This document shows positions 37,877-48,685 of a stretch of DNA of 64,000 nt, piece after piece. A model generated the notes under the pieces. The model made no database searches. It had not been told where the DNA came from and worked only from the letters and a program-made list of their open reading frames with translations. The stretch comes from Candidatus Micrarchaeia archaeon. Lineage in GTDB: Archaea; Micrarchaeota; Micrarchaeia; Burarchaeales; Fermentimicrarchaeaceae. The stretch is taken from contig JAVZHX010000001.1 of assembly GCA_038871515.1 (NCBI GenBank), positions 256,001 through 320,000 of the forward strand, given 5' to 3'. The position numbers were made by a program, and so were the translations under genes. The stretch's first letter is position 1. Every line of letters starts with the position of its first letter.

Positions 37877-40039
37877 TTATTTTATGAGTTTTTCAAGAAT
37901 CTCCTTTGCTGCTTTTTTATTCAAATTCCTGTTATTATTCCCGCACTGCGGATCCAGAATGCAGGAGGGGCAACCACTTCTGCACTTGCACTTCATCAAT
38001 CTTTCATACGCCATCTTTTCAACTCTCTCAAACTTTTCAAAAATTATTTTTGACAATCCAGCTCCGTGAGGAGTTGAATCGTAAACATACATCCTCCCAG
38101 CAGGATAGCTCACCCCTCCCAACTCAGATGGATCTGCTCCAGTTAAAGCAGGCATCATCGCAATTGAAACATGCTCAACTGCATGCAACCCAGATGGAAA
38201 ATCATCTACGGAAAAAACAATTTTCTCAGGAAAATCAAACCAAACTGCAAGAGTGTCAAACTCATAATGCAACGGCTCATCAAGCGGAATTCTGCTGCTT
38301 ATCCTCTCTTTCAAATAATCCTTCACAACATAACCGTAAACCTCATCTGAAATGTGAACTCTACCGTATGAAAGCTCCCCTCCCAAACACTCCCTTTCTC
38401 CAAGCAACTCAGTCACTTCGGCTTCTCTGTTGCGCAGAGCAACTGTATACTCAGATGTTTCATAACTGAGCTTTCTCACAAATGCAATTTTTCTCACCAA
38501 ATCCAGCTTCTCAGAAACAAACTTCTCCCCTCCATGTAAGTAGATTGCACCGGGGAATAGCTCGCTGTACGCCATCGCCTCCTCCCTTTCACCTATGAAC
38601 TTCTCTCTCTCCACATCATATATCCTTATTGACGAGCCAGCCGTCCTTATGCTCATCTCCCTCACAACCCTCAGCCCTCTCCTTGTAGGAATCCAGCAAC
38701 CTGCAAACTCCTTGCACAGCTCCTCAGCTTTCAGCTGAGAGAAAAGCTTCTCCCCCATTGGAAATGAGTTGATTTCGTCAATGCTTGCTGGGTAATCCCG
38801 CATCATTGAGAGAAGGTGGGGTTTTAGTATAAACTCATTCTGGGGGTTTACGTAACAGCTCTCCGGCTCCCCTTTCAAATACTCATGTGGATTTTCAAAA
38901 TAATACTGGTCAAGCGGGTTGTCTCGAGCGATGAAAACAGCTGTTGCCTCCCTTCCCCTCCTTCCTGCCCTTCCAATTCTCTGCCTCACCCTTGTAACCG
39001 TTCCTGGGAAGCCAGCAAGAATTACTAAGTCAACGGCACCTATATCCATCCCAAGCTCCAAAGCAGATGTTGCGACAAGCGCATCCGTACTGCCTGACTT
39101 GAACTCCTGCTCCAACTTCCTTCTCTCCTCCCTCTCCAATCCAGCCCGGTATATTTTTATTTCATGTAAATTCGTTTCCTTTGCAACTATCCCAATTCTC
39201 TCAACAACAGAGTGGCTGTTCCCAAATATCAGCAGCTTCCTTCCTTTTCCAATAAGCTGCCTTGCAACTTTCAAGGCAAGCGTTGTATAGCTCTCCCTCC
39301 CCTCCTCTGTTAAAGGAGGGTTCAGCAGTATGTGCTTAACCGTGCTTCTTGGAGCATAGCGCGCATCCACCAAAGAGAAAGGCACCCCTGCAAGCTGCTC
39401 GGCAAACTCCAATGCATTCCCAACAGTTGCTGAACAGCAGATGAACTGCAGTTTATTTTTGGAGTATTTCAAGTGAACTCTCTTCAACCTTTTTATTATA
39501 TTTGAGGAGTGGCTTCCAAACGTTCCCGTGTATGTATGTATTTCATCAATTACAACAAACTTCAAGTAAGAAAGAAACTTTTTGAACAGATGCGAGTTAA
39601 GGAGAATGAAGTGAAGCATATCCATATTTGTTATCAAAATATGCGGTGGCTCCTTCCTTATTCTTTCCCTAATATGCGCAGATGTATCACCATCATAAAC
39701 CTCGCTTTTCACACCAAGCAGAGCAAACTCCCTAAATCTTGCTAGCTGATCCCGCGAAAGCGCTTTTGTTGGGTAGATAACAATGCTCCTCTCTCCTTTC
39801 AACGCGGACTCAATAACTGGAATCATATATATTTCAGTTTTGCCAGAGGCAGTTGGAGCAGTTACAACAACATTCTCCCCTTCTCTCACTTTTTTGATTC
39901 CGTCTGCCTGATGCTTGTAAAACTTCTCAATTCCTCTCCCATGCAGAATATGCATTATTTCCTCTGAAACTTCAACCTCCCCGAACTTCGCAGAATCTCC
40001 TTTCTCCAGAAACTCCTTTACTTCCCCTTCTATAAGCAC
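37877..40039 (-). CDS. DEAD/DEAH helicase with DUF1998 (Hrq1/MrfA-like)
   Basis: PTASGKT, DEIH, SAT, QRIGRAGR, CKCRSGCPSC; start uncertain. Confidence 0.92.
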   Translation of the reverse strand: MLIEGEVKEFLEKGDSAKFGEVEVSEEIMHILHGRGIEKFYKHQADGIKKVREGENVVVTAPTASGKTEIYMIPVIESALKGERSIVIYPTKALSRDQLARFREFALLGVKSEVYDGDTSAHIRERIRKEPPHILITNMDMLHFILLNSHLFKKFLSYLKFVVIDEIHTYTGTFGSHSSNIIKRLKRVHLKYSKNKLQFICCSATVGNALEFAEQLAGVPFSLVDARYAPRSTVKHILLNPPLTEEGRESYTTLALKVARQLIGKGRKLLIFGNSHSVVERIGIVAKETNLHEIKIYRAGLEREERRKLEQEFKSGSTDALVATSALELGMDIGAVDLVILAGFPGTVTRVRQRIGRAGRRGREATAVFIARDNPLDQYYFENPHEYLKGEPESCYVNPQNEFILKPHLLSMMRDYPASIDEINSFPMGEKLFSQLKAEELCKEFAGCWIPTRRGLRVVREMSIRTAGSSIRIYDVEREKFIGEREEAMAYSELFPGAIYLHGGEKFVSEKLDLVRKIAFVRKLSYETSEYTVALRNREAEVTELLGERECLGGELSYGRVHISDEVYGYVVKDYLKERISSRIPLDEPLHYEFDTLAVWFDFPEKIVFSVDDFPSGLHAVEHVSIAMMPALTGADPSELGGVSYPAGRMYVYDSTPHGAGLSKIIFEKFERVEKMAYERLMKCKCRSGCPSCILDPQCGNNNRNLNKKAAKEILEKLIK

Positions 40040-40089
40040 GAATATATTTCGTAAGAAAGCAATAAACAAGCTTCGGTTATACGGAGTTA

Positions 40090-40353
40090 TTACAAACCAG
40101 CAAAATCCTTTGAGGTTTTTCCCTTTGGAAAAACAGTTCCATTTTTTGCTGAAATTGGAAGCTGATACTCCTCAGCTAACCTGATAAGCTCACTCATATC
40201 TATGAATTTATCAATAGAAAGCACTGGGTATGCTCCAACAGGGGAGGGAATTCTCTTAACCACAAACTCCTGAAACTGCAAAGTGCCAGAGCGCATCACC
40301 TTTATATCCACTTTTCCTTTTTTCAACGCATCCCTTGCAATTTTCGGCAACAT
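40090..40353 (-). CDS. Hypothetical protein
   Basis: Directly coupled to the upstream aminotransferase gene. Confidence 0.7.
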   Translation of the reverse strand: MLPKIARDALKKGKVDIKVMRSGTLQFQEFVVKRIPSPVGAYPVLSIDKFIDMSELIRLAEEYQLPISAKNGTVFPKGKTSKDFAGL

Positions 40354-41577
40354 TTAACCCCTCATCAAATTCTCAATTCCCTGAGCAACTTTCTCCAAAA
40401 CTTCAATTGGTGGAAGCACCGTTGTCCTCAGGTGGCCATCCAAACCAAAACCGCTCCCTCTTGTCACCCACACATGCTCCCTTCTGAGCAACTCTGTGCA
40501 AAACTCCTTATCGTTTTTGAATTTTGTTTTTGAAAAATCAACTCTCGGAAACAAGTAGAAAGCTCCTTTTGCTTTCTGACAGCTCACCCCATCAATTTCA
40601 TTCAACCTCTTCTGCATAAACTCGGCTCTCTCCTTTATGTTTTTCACCATATACTTCAGAAACTTCTTATGTGCTTTCACATTGCTCAGCGCTTCAACAG
40701 CTGCAACCTGTGCAGGTGTGCTCGCGCATAACCTCATCGTTGCAAGGTTGTTAATTCCTTCCCTTAACTTTTTTGAACCCTCATCCTCCTCAGGTATAAT
40801 CACCCACCCAATTCTCACGCCAGTGCAACCCCAGTTCTTTGACAAACCGTTCATTATCACATGCGGCACTCCCTTTGCAACCTCCCCAATGCACGTCATC
40901 CTCTCCTTCACAAGTATCATCTCATCATATATTTCATCTGAAATAATAAGCAAATCATTGTTTTTCGCAACCTCAACAACATCCTCCAAATTCTTTCTGC
41001 TGCACATTGAACCTGTTGGGTTGTTTGGGTTGATTATTAAAATAAACTTCAAGTCAACTCCCTCTGCTTTTGCTTTCCTCACCTTCTCCTCCAAATCCTC
41101 CTTTGAAGGAGCCCACCCGCTCTCTTCATTTAAGCTGCTCAGCACAACTGCTCCGCCAAATAGCCTAATCATAGGTGCATAAACTGGGTAGTATGGGTTG
41201 AAAAGAACTGCCCCCTTCCCATGTTCAATGAGGGATTCCGCAAGAAATGCAACCGCCTCACTCAAACCCTGGGTGACAGATATTTTTGATGAATCAAAAT
41301 CAAGGTTATACAATCTTTTATACCTCTTTGCAATCTCTTCAAGAAGCTCAAAAATTCCAGGTGAACGTGAGTAGTAAACCTTTCCTTCCTTCAATGCTTT
41401 GCAGTATGCTTTCATTATATACTTCGCAACTCCCAAGTAAGGAACAGGGTCTCCTATGCTCGCGTTATAAATTTCCGCCCCTGTTTTCTTTATCTCCTCA
41501 GCAATTGGAAAAAGCTCCCTTATTGGGTAGTGAGCATACTCCATTCTTCCAGCAAGCGTGCTGTTTGAAAATGACAT
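40354..41577 (-). CDS. Class I/II PLP-dependent aminotransferase
   Basis: INPNNPTG, SDEIYD, GLSKNW..TGVRIGW. Confidence 0.93.
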   Translation of the reverse strand: MSFSNSTLAGRMEYAHYPIRELFPIAEEIKKTGAEIYNASIGDPVPYLGVAKYIMKAYCKALKEGKVYYSRSPGIFELLEEIAKRYKRLYNLDFDSSKISVTQGLSEAVAFLAESLIEHGKGAVLFNPYYPVYAPMIRLFGGAVVLSSLNEESGWAPSKEDLEEKVRKAKAEGVDLKFILIINPNNPTGSMCSRKNLEDVVEVAKNNDLLIISDEIYDEMILVKERMTCIGEVAKGVPHVIMNGLSKNWGCTGVRIGWVIIPEEDEGSKKLREGINNLATMRLCASTPAQVAAVEALSNVKAHKKFLKYMVKNIKERAEFMQKRLNEIDGVSCQKAKGAFYLFPRVDFSKTKFKNDKEFCTELLRREHVWVTRGSGFGLDGHLRTTVLPPIEVLEKVAQGIENLMRG

Positions 41578-41676
41578 TTTACCTCCGAGTTAGTTTAAGA
41601 GGGCAAATTATTAAAAAATATCAGCTTGTATGGACAGTAATAAATATTTTCCTTGCAAATAGATAATGGGGAGTGA

Positions 41677-43593
41677 ATGGAAAAGTTTGATTACAAAACT
41701 ACCGAGGAGATTAAAGTTCCTGAGAAACTGATAGACCAAGTTATAGGACAGGATAGGGCAGTTGCGATAATAAAGAAAGCTGCGAAACAGAGGAGAAACA
41801 TTCTTTTGATGGGTTCCCCTGGAACCGGAAAGTCAATGCTTGCCCAGGCGATGGCAGAGCTTATGCCAGCAGAGGAGTTAGAGGATGTGCTTGTCTACCC
41901 AAACCCAATTGATGAAAACATGCCTCTTGTAAGAGTTGTGAAAACATACCCAAAGGATAGAAAGCTTCCCCCAGGAGCGCCAGACATTGGGGAGGGGAGG
42001 AGAATAATTGAGGAAGTTAGGATGAGGAGGGTTACTGGTGGAGGTGGTTTATCCCCATCCTTCCTCATACTCAGCATACTTGTTCTTTTACTTATTTACC
42101 TTGCATTCTCAGGAGTGATTGAGGGTGAGAATAAATGGATTATTGCGGCTGCGGTGCTCGGTTTGTTTGTTTTTGGGGCTGCGATGGTTCTTGCCTCAGG
42201 CGTTTCAAGAAGAGTTGGAGTGTTTGAAAGCACCGAGCCGAAGTTGATAGTTGATAACTCCGGGAAGAAAACTGCCCCTTTTGTTGATGCAACAGGCGCG
42301 AAAGCAGGCGCGCTTTTTGGAGACGTGAAGCACGATCCTTTGCAGTCCGGGGGGCTCGGTACTCCTCCTCATTTAAGGGTGGAAGCAGGGGCGATTCACA
42401 GAAGCAACAAAGGAGTTTTGTTCGTTGATGAAATATCTTCTCTGGGACCGAAATCGCAGCAGGAGCTTCTCACAGCAATGCAAGAGAAGAAATACCCAAT
42501 AACTGGGCAGAGCGAGCTGAGCAGTGGCGCAATTGTGAAAACAGAGCCAGTTCCAGCTGACTTCGTGCTTGTTGCGGCTGGCAATCTAATTGATATTCAG
42601 AAAATGCATCCAGCGCTGCGCTCAAGGATACGCGGTTACGGTTATGAGATATATATGGACGACACAATGCCTGATAATGAGGAGAACAGATGGAAGCTTG
42701 TGAGGTTTGTTGCACAGGAAGTTAAGAAGGATGGCAAAATACCTCACTTCACAAAAGAAGCTGTAGATGAAATTATAGAGGAGGCAAGAAGGAAAGCTGG
42801 GAGAAAAAACAGGTTGAGTTTGAGGTTCAGGGAGCTTGGCGGTTTGGTGAGGGCTGCAGGAGATATTGCAAGGGAGCAAGGAGCAAAATACGTTGAACTT
42901 AAACACGTGCTTGAAGCAAAAGGAGTTGCAAGAACTCTTGAGCAGCAGGTTTCCCAGCAGGTGATTGACTTAAGGAAGGATTACAGGGTTTTTCTGAACA
43001 GAGGTTACGCAGTTGGAAAGGTGAATGGGCTTGCGGTTATGGGAGACGGTTCCTCTGGAATAATAATGCCAATAGTTGCGGAGGTTACTCCTGCTTCATC
43101 AAAAAGTGAGGGAAAGTTAATTGCAACAGGCAAGCTTGGCAAGATAGCGAAGGAGGCTGTTGAAAACGTAAGCGCGATAATAAAGAAGCACATCGGCAAA
43201 GATGTATCGCAGTATGATATTCACGTGCAGTTCCTTCAAACCTATGAGGGAGTTGAGGGGGACAGCGCCAGCATATCAATCGCGCTTGCTGTCATGTCTG
43301 CAATGGAGGGAGTTGCTGTTGACCAGAGCGTTGCAATGACTGGCTCATTAAGTGTGAGGGGTGAGGTGCTTCCAGTTGGAGGGGTGACTGCAAAGATAGA
43401 GGCAGCTATAGATGCAGGAATGAAAAAAGTGATAATCCCAAAGGCAAATGAGGAGGATGTTTACCTTGGAAAAAGAAGGGGAAAAATAAAAATTGTCACA
43501 GCAAACAACATAATTGATGTCCTCCAGGAATCGCTGAAGAGAGGAAGTAAAAAAGAAAAGTTGATTGAGAAGGTGAGGGGAATTATAAGCTGA
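41677..43593 (+). CDS. lonB: Membrane-anchored Lon protease LonB
   Basis: [10 protein letters not shown] insert, [19 protein letters not shown]. Confidence 0.96.
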   Translation: MEKFDYKTTEEIKVPEKLIDQVIGQDRAVAIIKKAAKQRRNILLMGSPGTGKSMLAQAMAELMPAEELEDVLVYPNPIDENMPLVRVVKTYPKDRKLPPGAPDIGEGRRIIEEVRMRRVTGGGGLSPSFLILSILVLLLIYLAFSGVIEGENKWIIAAAVLGLFVFGAAMVLASGVSRRVGVFESTEPKLIVDNSGKKTAPFVDATGAKAGALFGDVKHDPLQSGGLGTPPHLRVEAGAIHRSNKGVLFVDEISSLGPKSQQELLTAMQEKKYPITGQSELSSGAIVKTEPVPADFVLVAAGNLIDIQKMHPALRSRIRGYGYEIYMDDTMPDNEENRWKLVRFVAQEVKKDGKIPHFTKEAVDEIIEEARRKAGRKNRLSLRFRELGGLVRAAGDIAREQGAKYVELKHVLEAKGVARTLEQQVSQQVIDLRKDYRVFLNRGYAVGKVNGLAVMGDGSSGIIMPIVAEVTPASSKSEGKLIATGKLGKIAKEAVENVSAIIKKHIGKDVSQYDIHVQFLQTYEGVEGDSASISIALAVMSAMEGVAVDQSVAMTGSLSVRGEVLPVGGVTAKIEAAIDAGMKKVIIPKANEEDVYLGKRRGKIKIVTANNIIDVLQESLKRGSKKEKLIEKVRGIIS

Positions 43594-44814
43594 TTATTTT
43601 ATAAGAACCCTGTCACCAAGCTCAGATATTCTATCAAAATCAAAATCAATTCTATGCCCAAACGGAGTTTGAACAACAATTAGACTTCTTTTCCTATCAA
43701 CGCCAACTATCTTTCCGATATACGCGCCAAGCTCGGTGAGCACTTCTCTGTTTTCAAGCTTCATTGATGCAACCAAATCAATCTTTATTCTCTCCATTAT
43801 TTTCAAAGAGAGGAATGCGATGACTGTTCCGAAGATGAGAACGGTTACAAAATCAGAGAAATAAACCCTTGCAAGTATCCACTGGCAGGCAACTGTGAAA
43901 ACCGCCCAGAGAATGAACGTTGCAACTCCGTATAAACCATACTTCACAACTGCATACTTTCTCTTCTCATGCAGTAAATCAATTATTCTTCCAACAAGTA
44001 TTAATGAAACTGCCCAGGGAAGCAGGAGAAGCATCCTCAACAAAACATAAGCACCAAGCTTCAGCATCTCTGGCGTTTCATTCAAGCGTGTCAGAAACTC
44101 CTGGTATCCAAGCGCAAATGATATGAGGGTGAGGGGTAGCGCAGAGAGGTATAATATGAAGCTTATCTTCTCAACGGAGAAGCGCAAACCTGAGAAGGAG
44201 CGCACTATCGTTTCTTCAAGCCCAAACGCAAATGCAAGCAAACCCAACCCAACAACTATTCCTGCAAGCTTCCAACCGTAGCCAAGCGCCTCGCTTATCA
44301 CAAAAGTTAATATGAGCAAGGCAGGTATTCCAAAAATTATTCTCGCGTAGTGTGGCTCCTTTAACTTTTCAAGAAGCACAAAGTAGGTTTTCTCAAGCTC
44401 CTTTGCCTGCTTCATAACAACAAGCCTGACGGAGTCAATTTTAACTCTTGACTGAATTACTGGGATTATCTGCTCGTCGCTTGCCCCATCTGAAACGAAT
44501 ATGCAGGAATCTGCATGAAAGCTCCTCAACACCGAATCAAGCTGCTTTGCTATCTCCCTGTCAGCAAAATAACCCAGAGATTTATCACCTGTTAAAGTGA
44601 CAATTTCCGCATTGCTTTCCTTTGAGATTGAATCGTAAACTCTGACTGCTTCAAATATTGTGTTGGAGTCTGTTTCCTCCGGATCCTTTAAAGCAAGCTT
44701 TGTGGCTGCCTCTATGTTTGCTTCCTTCCCTATCACGGGACCGGTGATTTTTACTTTTTCGTACAAATCATTATCCCTGTCCACTGCGAGCACGAGCACT
44801 CTTTTCTTTGCCAT
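43594..44814 (-). CDS. DUF373-family membrane protein
   Basis: LVLAVDRDNDL, DPEETDSN, VSDGASDE, VKQ-like VVMKQ. Confidence 0.88.
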   Translation of the reverse strand: MAKKRVLVLAVDRDNDLYEKVKITGPVIGKEANIEAATKLALKDPEETDSNTIFEAVRVYDSISKESNAEIVTLTGDKSLGYFADREIAKQLDSVLRSFHADSCIFVSDGASDEQIIPVIQSRVKIDSVRLVVMKQAKELEKTYFVLLEKLKEPHYARIIFGIPALLILTFVISEALGYGWKLAGIVVGLGLLAFAFGLEETIVRSFSGLRFSVEKISFILYLSALPLTLISFALGYQEFLTRLNETPEMLKLGAYVLLRMLLLLPWAVSLILVGRIIDLLHEKRKYAVVKYGLYGVATFILWAVFTVACQWILARVYFSDFVTVLIFGTVIAFLSLKIMERIKIDLVASMKLENREVLTELGAYIGKIVGVDRKRSLIVVQTPFGHRIDFDFDRISELGDRVLIK

Positions 44815-44933
44815 CAAACCACAAAAATGATATGGGGGAGGGGGTATTATAATATTTGCCCAAAAACTTCTTAGGGGAATAGATTTAAAAATAAGTAACA
44901 ATATTAGTAGTAGGTGATTAATGAGGTGGTTGA

Positions 44934-45395
44934 ATGAGGAGAGCGCAGGCTGCAATTGAGTATTTGATTATTTTGGCAGTAGTTGTCATAATTGCCCTTA
45001 TCGTCATTGGGGTGATTGGTGGTTTCCCTGGCATGACGAGGGGAATTAGCGAGAGGGATAGCGCAGCATACTGGGCGGGAGCGGATATTGGGATAACTAG
45101 GTATTATTTGTCTAAAACTGCTGCGGCAAGTCAGCTCGTAATTAGGAATAACAGGTTGTTCCAGATAAATCTCACAAGTATAAAATTTGATGGCGGTAGC
45201 AACATACTCAATTACACAGATGGTGTTTTGATATCGCCAGGTTCCGCAGTGCTAGTTAACCTAACGGGCACCTCATGCGCGAATATTGGAGAAACAGTTA
45301 CGAAGAACGTTGAGATACAATACAAGGATGCAACGTATGGAGTGACGTATACGTTCACTGGCGAGAAACCGCTTGTTGGAACCTGCCAGGACTGA
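44934..45395 (+). CDS. Type IV pilin-like protein (class III signal peptide)
   Basis: MRRAQAAIEYLIILAVVVIIAL. Confidence 0.88.
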   Translation: MRRAQAAIEYLIILAVVVIIALIVIGVIGGFPGMTRGISERDSAAYWAGADIGITRYYLSKTAAASQLVIRNNRLFQINLTSIKFDGGSNILNYTDGVLISPGSAVLVNLTGTSCANIGETVTKNVEIQYKDATYGVTYTFTGEKPLVGTCQD

Positions 45396-45479
45396 TTTCT
45401 TTTTTTAATTTTTCATTTTTAAACGAATGTATTTAAAGATTTGATGAGAAATCATTCTGCTCATTTTGAGAGTGATAGG

Positions 45480-46034
45480 ATGGAGTTTGCAACGCCAGGC
45501 AAGTTTCTTGGCACGGAGGAGGAGTTTGTTGGGGGAGATGGAGTATACAGCGAGGGAGGAAAACTTCACGCCTTCTATGCGGGAGATATAATCCTGGATA
45601 AACAAAGGAGAATTTCAGTAAAAACAAAGTCAGTTCCAAGAATGGTGGAGCCAGGGATGATAGTTTACGGAAGAATTGAGGATATATTTGACCCAATTGC
45701 ATTGGTTAAGCTTGAGCTTGTTGAGGGGGTTGGGATGAGGCAGGCTCAGGGAGATTACTTCTGCGTGCTTCACGTATCAAACGTTAAAAGAGGTTATGTT
45801 AAGGAGTTAAGGGATGAGGTGAGAATTGGGGATATAATAAAGGCAGTTGTTTGCGAGGTGAAAAGGGGAGAAGCATACCTTGATATGAGGGGTGCAGATT
45901 TGGGAGTGATAAAAGCATTCTGCAGCAACTGCAGAAACCCGCTGCGCCTGAAAGATAGGCTGCTTGTCTGCGATGCATGTGGTAATAAAGAGAGCAGAAA
46001 GCTTTCAACTGAGTACTCCCTGAGGGAGAGGTGA
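45480..46034 (+). CDS. csl4: Exosome RNA-binding subunit Csl4
   Basis: PGKFLGTEEEF, S1 domain, LGVIKAFCSNC..C..C..ESRKLS. Confidence 0.93.
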   Translation: MEFATPGKFLGTEEEFVGGDGVYSEGGKLHAFYAGDIILDKQRRISVKTKSVPRMVEPGMIVYGRIEDIFDPIALVKLELVEGVGMRQAQGDYFCVLHVSNVKRGYVKELRDEVRIGDIIKAVVCEVKRGEAYLDMRGADLGVIKAFCSNCRNPLRLKDRLLVCDACGNKESRKLSTEYSLRER

Positions 46035-46038
46035 TTGT

Positions 46039-46305
46039 TTGAAAGTTAGAGTTTTGAAAAAGGAAAAAAACTTCATTGAGTTGGTGCTTGAGGGGGAGGA
46101 GCACAGCTTCCCAAACCTTCTGAGAGAAACGCTTCTTGAGGATGAGGATGTTGAGTTCGCTTCCTATGTTATTGACCACCCCCAGCTTGGCAACCCTCGC
46201 CTGATTGTGAGAACGAAGAAGAAAACACCTGAAGCAGCAATAAAGAACGCAGTTAAAAAAATTGAGAAGAAAGTAAGTGAGTTTGAGAAACTTTTGAAGA
46301 AATGA
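46039..46305 (+). CDS. rpoL: RNA polymerase subunit L (Rpo11)
   Basis: GEEHSFPNLLR, VEFASYVIDHP. Confidence 0.93.
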   Translation: MKVRVLKKEKNFIELVLEGEEHSFPNLLRETLLEDEDVEFASYVIDHPQLGNPRLIVRTKKKTPEAAIKNAVKKIEKKVSEFEKLLKK

Positions 46306-46309
46306 TTAA

Positions 46310-46858
46310 ATGAAAGCTGGAGCAAGAGTGCTTGGAATTGATGACTCGCCGTTCACAGGAAAAACCACTAGAGTTCTTGTTATCGGAGTGGTTTGGAGGG
46401 AGGGAGTGATTGAGGGAGTTCTGAGCACATATATTAAAAAGGATGGGTTGGATAGCACAAAGAGGATTATTGAGATGGTAAAGAACTCTAAATTCTCCCA
46501 GCAGATAAGGTTGATTCTGCTGCACGGTGCAACGCTTGGTGGGTTCAATGTTGTTGATTTAAATGAACTGAACCGCGCGCTTTCAATTCCAGTAATTGCA
46601 GTTACAAGAAAGAAGCCGGATATGAGGAGGGTGAAAAGCGCTTTGAAAAATCTACCTTCGTGGGAGAGGAGAATAAGAATTCTTGAGTCTGCTGGCAAAG
46701 CGGTGAGATGCGGTAAGGTATACTGCCAAATTGCCGGGATAGAGGAGGGAGAGGTGAGGAAGTTGATTCTTTCTTTCAAAGGAATTCCTGAACCAGTTAG
46801 GCTTGCTCATCTAATAGGCTCTGGAGTTGTGAGAGGGGAATCTCATGGCAGAGTTTAA
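46310..46858 (+). CDS. DUF99 / endonuclease dU family protein
   Basis: VLGIDDSPF, GGFNVVD, IPEPVRLAHLI. Confidence 0.9.
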   Translation: MKAGARVLGIDDSPFTGKTTRVLVIGVVWREGVIEGVLSTYIKKDGLDSTKRIIEMVKNSKFSQQIRLILLHGATLGGFNVVDLNELNRALSIPVIAVTRKKPDMRRVKSALKNLPSWERRIRILESAGKAVRCGKVYCQIAGIEEGEVRKLILSFKGIPEPVRLAHLIGSGVVRGESHGRV

Positions 46859-47837
46859 GAAAATTGTAAGGGAGAATGCGGGTTATTTGGTAATTGCGGC
46901 CCTTCTCATTTTATACGTGTTAACGCACCTTTCCGTCGTTGCAGTGCTGTGCGCACTGGCGATAGTTGGTTTTTTCGTTTATGAAACTGTGGAGGGAGCA
47001 AGAAAAAGGGGGTGGAAGAAGGAGCTTGAGGAGATAGTTGTTGCAGTGCTTGTTGGCGTGCTCATCTGGTTTGGAGCTGGTTTCATACTCAATACCTCCT
47101 CGCCTCTTGACGCAGTTGTTTCTTGCAGCATGCTTCCCCACCTTGAAAGAGGCGATATGGTGGTGCTGAGAGGGAGTGAGGTAAAAGCCCCTAGCATTGA
47201 ATTAACTTCTTCTGAGTGGGAGGAAGTTAAAGGGAGAATGCACACCACATTTACATGTGGCCCGTGCGTAAAGCAAGGTGATTACACCCCGTATAACTTC
47301 TCCCTCTGCAGAAGCTGTGGCAACTCCTGCCTGATAGCAATTGATGGAAAACCTGTTTTCTCAGAGCAGAACGACACTCTTTTCAGCTATAACTACGGGC
47401 TGTGCACCCTGAAAGGAAAGGAGGAAGTTTTAAATTCAGTATGCGTGCGCTCTGTTACTATAAAGGGGGAGGAGTTTGAGGAGAATTTTGGGAATGATGT
47501 GATTGTTTACGAGCCTGAGCAGAACAGCGTTTTCCAGAGTTTAACGATACACCGAGTGCTTGTGAGGGTTTCTGTGGAGAGGAAGGAATACTATCTTACA
47601 AAGGGGGATAATAATGAAATTCTTGACGTGCAGGCACCCGGGTATGTGGTTAAAAGCGGAAATGAATGCAGGTTTTTCTCTGATTCAAGGAAGGAGAACA
47701 AGCCTGTTGAGAAGGGGAGGATACATGGAAGCGTGATTGCAAGAATTCCTTATTTGGGTTACTTGAAGCTGTTTCTGTGGGGTTACGTTGAGGTTCCACA
47801 AGGATGTGGGACGGTTATTGAAAAACACAACGCATAA
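46845..47837 (+). CDS. Signal peptidase I (S26) with Cys-rich insertion
   Basis: VVSCSMLP..RGD, TIHRV, TKGDNN, RIPYLGYLKL. Confidence 0.85.
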   Translation: MAEFKKIVRENAGYLVIAALLILYVLTHLSVVAVLCALAIVGFFVYETVEGARKRGWKKELEEIVVAVLVGVLIWFGAGFILNTSSPLDAVVSCSMLPHLERGDMVVLRGSEVKAPSIELTSSEWEEVKGRMHTTFTCGPCVKQGDYTPYNFSLCRSCGNSCLIAIDGKPVFSEQNDTLFSYNYGLCTLKGKEEVLNSVCVRSVTIKGEEFEENFGNDVIVYEPEQNSVFQSLTIHRVLVRVSVERKEYYLTKGDNNEILDVQAPGYVVKSGNECRFFSDSRKENKPVEKGRIHGSVIARIPYLGYLKLFLWGYVEVPQGCGTVIEKHNA

Positions 47838-47875
47838 AAATGTAGAGGTGAAAACATATTCTAGAGGTGAAGTTG

Positions 47876-48619
47876 ATGGTGGAGATAGAAATTGAGGATG
47901 CTAAGTATTGGAAGAGCTGTGTTGATTCAATAGTTAACCTGATTGATGAGGGGAACTTTGAAATTGATGCTGATAAAATATCACTCCGGGCGATGGATCC
48001 TTCCCAGATAGCGATGGTGTGCTTCTCCATTCCAAAAAGCGCATTCAGCAAGTACAAGGTTGCTGGAGCAACAAGGATAGGGGTTAACTTTGACAGCATG
48101 AGCAAAATTCTTTCAAGGAGCAGGGGGCAGGAGAAGCTGAGGATGAGCGTTGAGGAGAATAAATTGGTTTTGGAGTTTGTTGGGGAGGGAAAGAGGAGTT
48201 TCAAGCTTCCACTTCTTGAGCTTCAGGAGGGAGTTCAAAAGGAGCCAAAAATAGATTTTGACTCGGTTGTTAAAATAAAAGCAGGCCAGTTCAAGGAAAT
48301 ACTTGGAGATGCAGCGTTGTTGAGTTCTCACGTTGTGCTTGAGGCAACTGGCAAGGGATTTTTTGTTGAGGTGCACGGTGATTCAGGAGATTTGAGGGTG
48401 GAGAGGGAGAAAACTGGTGAAGCAACTTTAAGCGTTGAGGTGAAGAAGGATTCAAGAGCGACATTCCCACTCCAATTCCTTGGTGATATGGTTAAAGCAT
48501 GCCCTGATAATGAAACTGTTTCCCTTCATTTAAAAACAAATTCACCAATAAAAGTGGAGTATAGCATTGGGGAGGCGAAGCTTGTTTACTACCTAGCTCC
48601 AAGAATAGAGACAATCTAG
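47876..48619 (+). CDS. pcn: Sliding clamp PCNA
   Basis: LRAMDPSQIAMV, YYLAPRI. Confidence 0.97.
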   Translation: MVEIEIEDAKYWKSCVDSIVNLIDEGNFEIDADKISLRAMDPSQIAMVCFSIPKSAFSKYKVAGATRIGVNFDSMSKILSRSRGQEKLRMSVEENKLVLEFVGEGKRSFKLPLLELQEGVQKEPKIDFDSVVKIKAGQFKEILGDAALLSSHVVLEATGKGFFVEVHGDSGDLRVEREKTGEATLSVEVKKDSRATFPLQFLGDMVKACPDNETVSLHLKTNSPIKVEYSIGEAKLVYYLAPRIETI

Positions 48620-48685
48620 TTAAGAACTATTTTATATTTTAGCTGAGAAATCCATCCTACTGCAAATGCTATTTGAGTGATTAGG

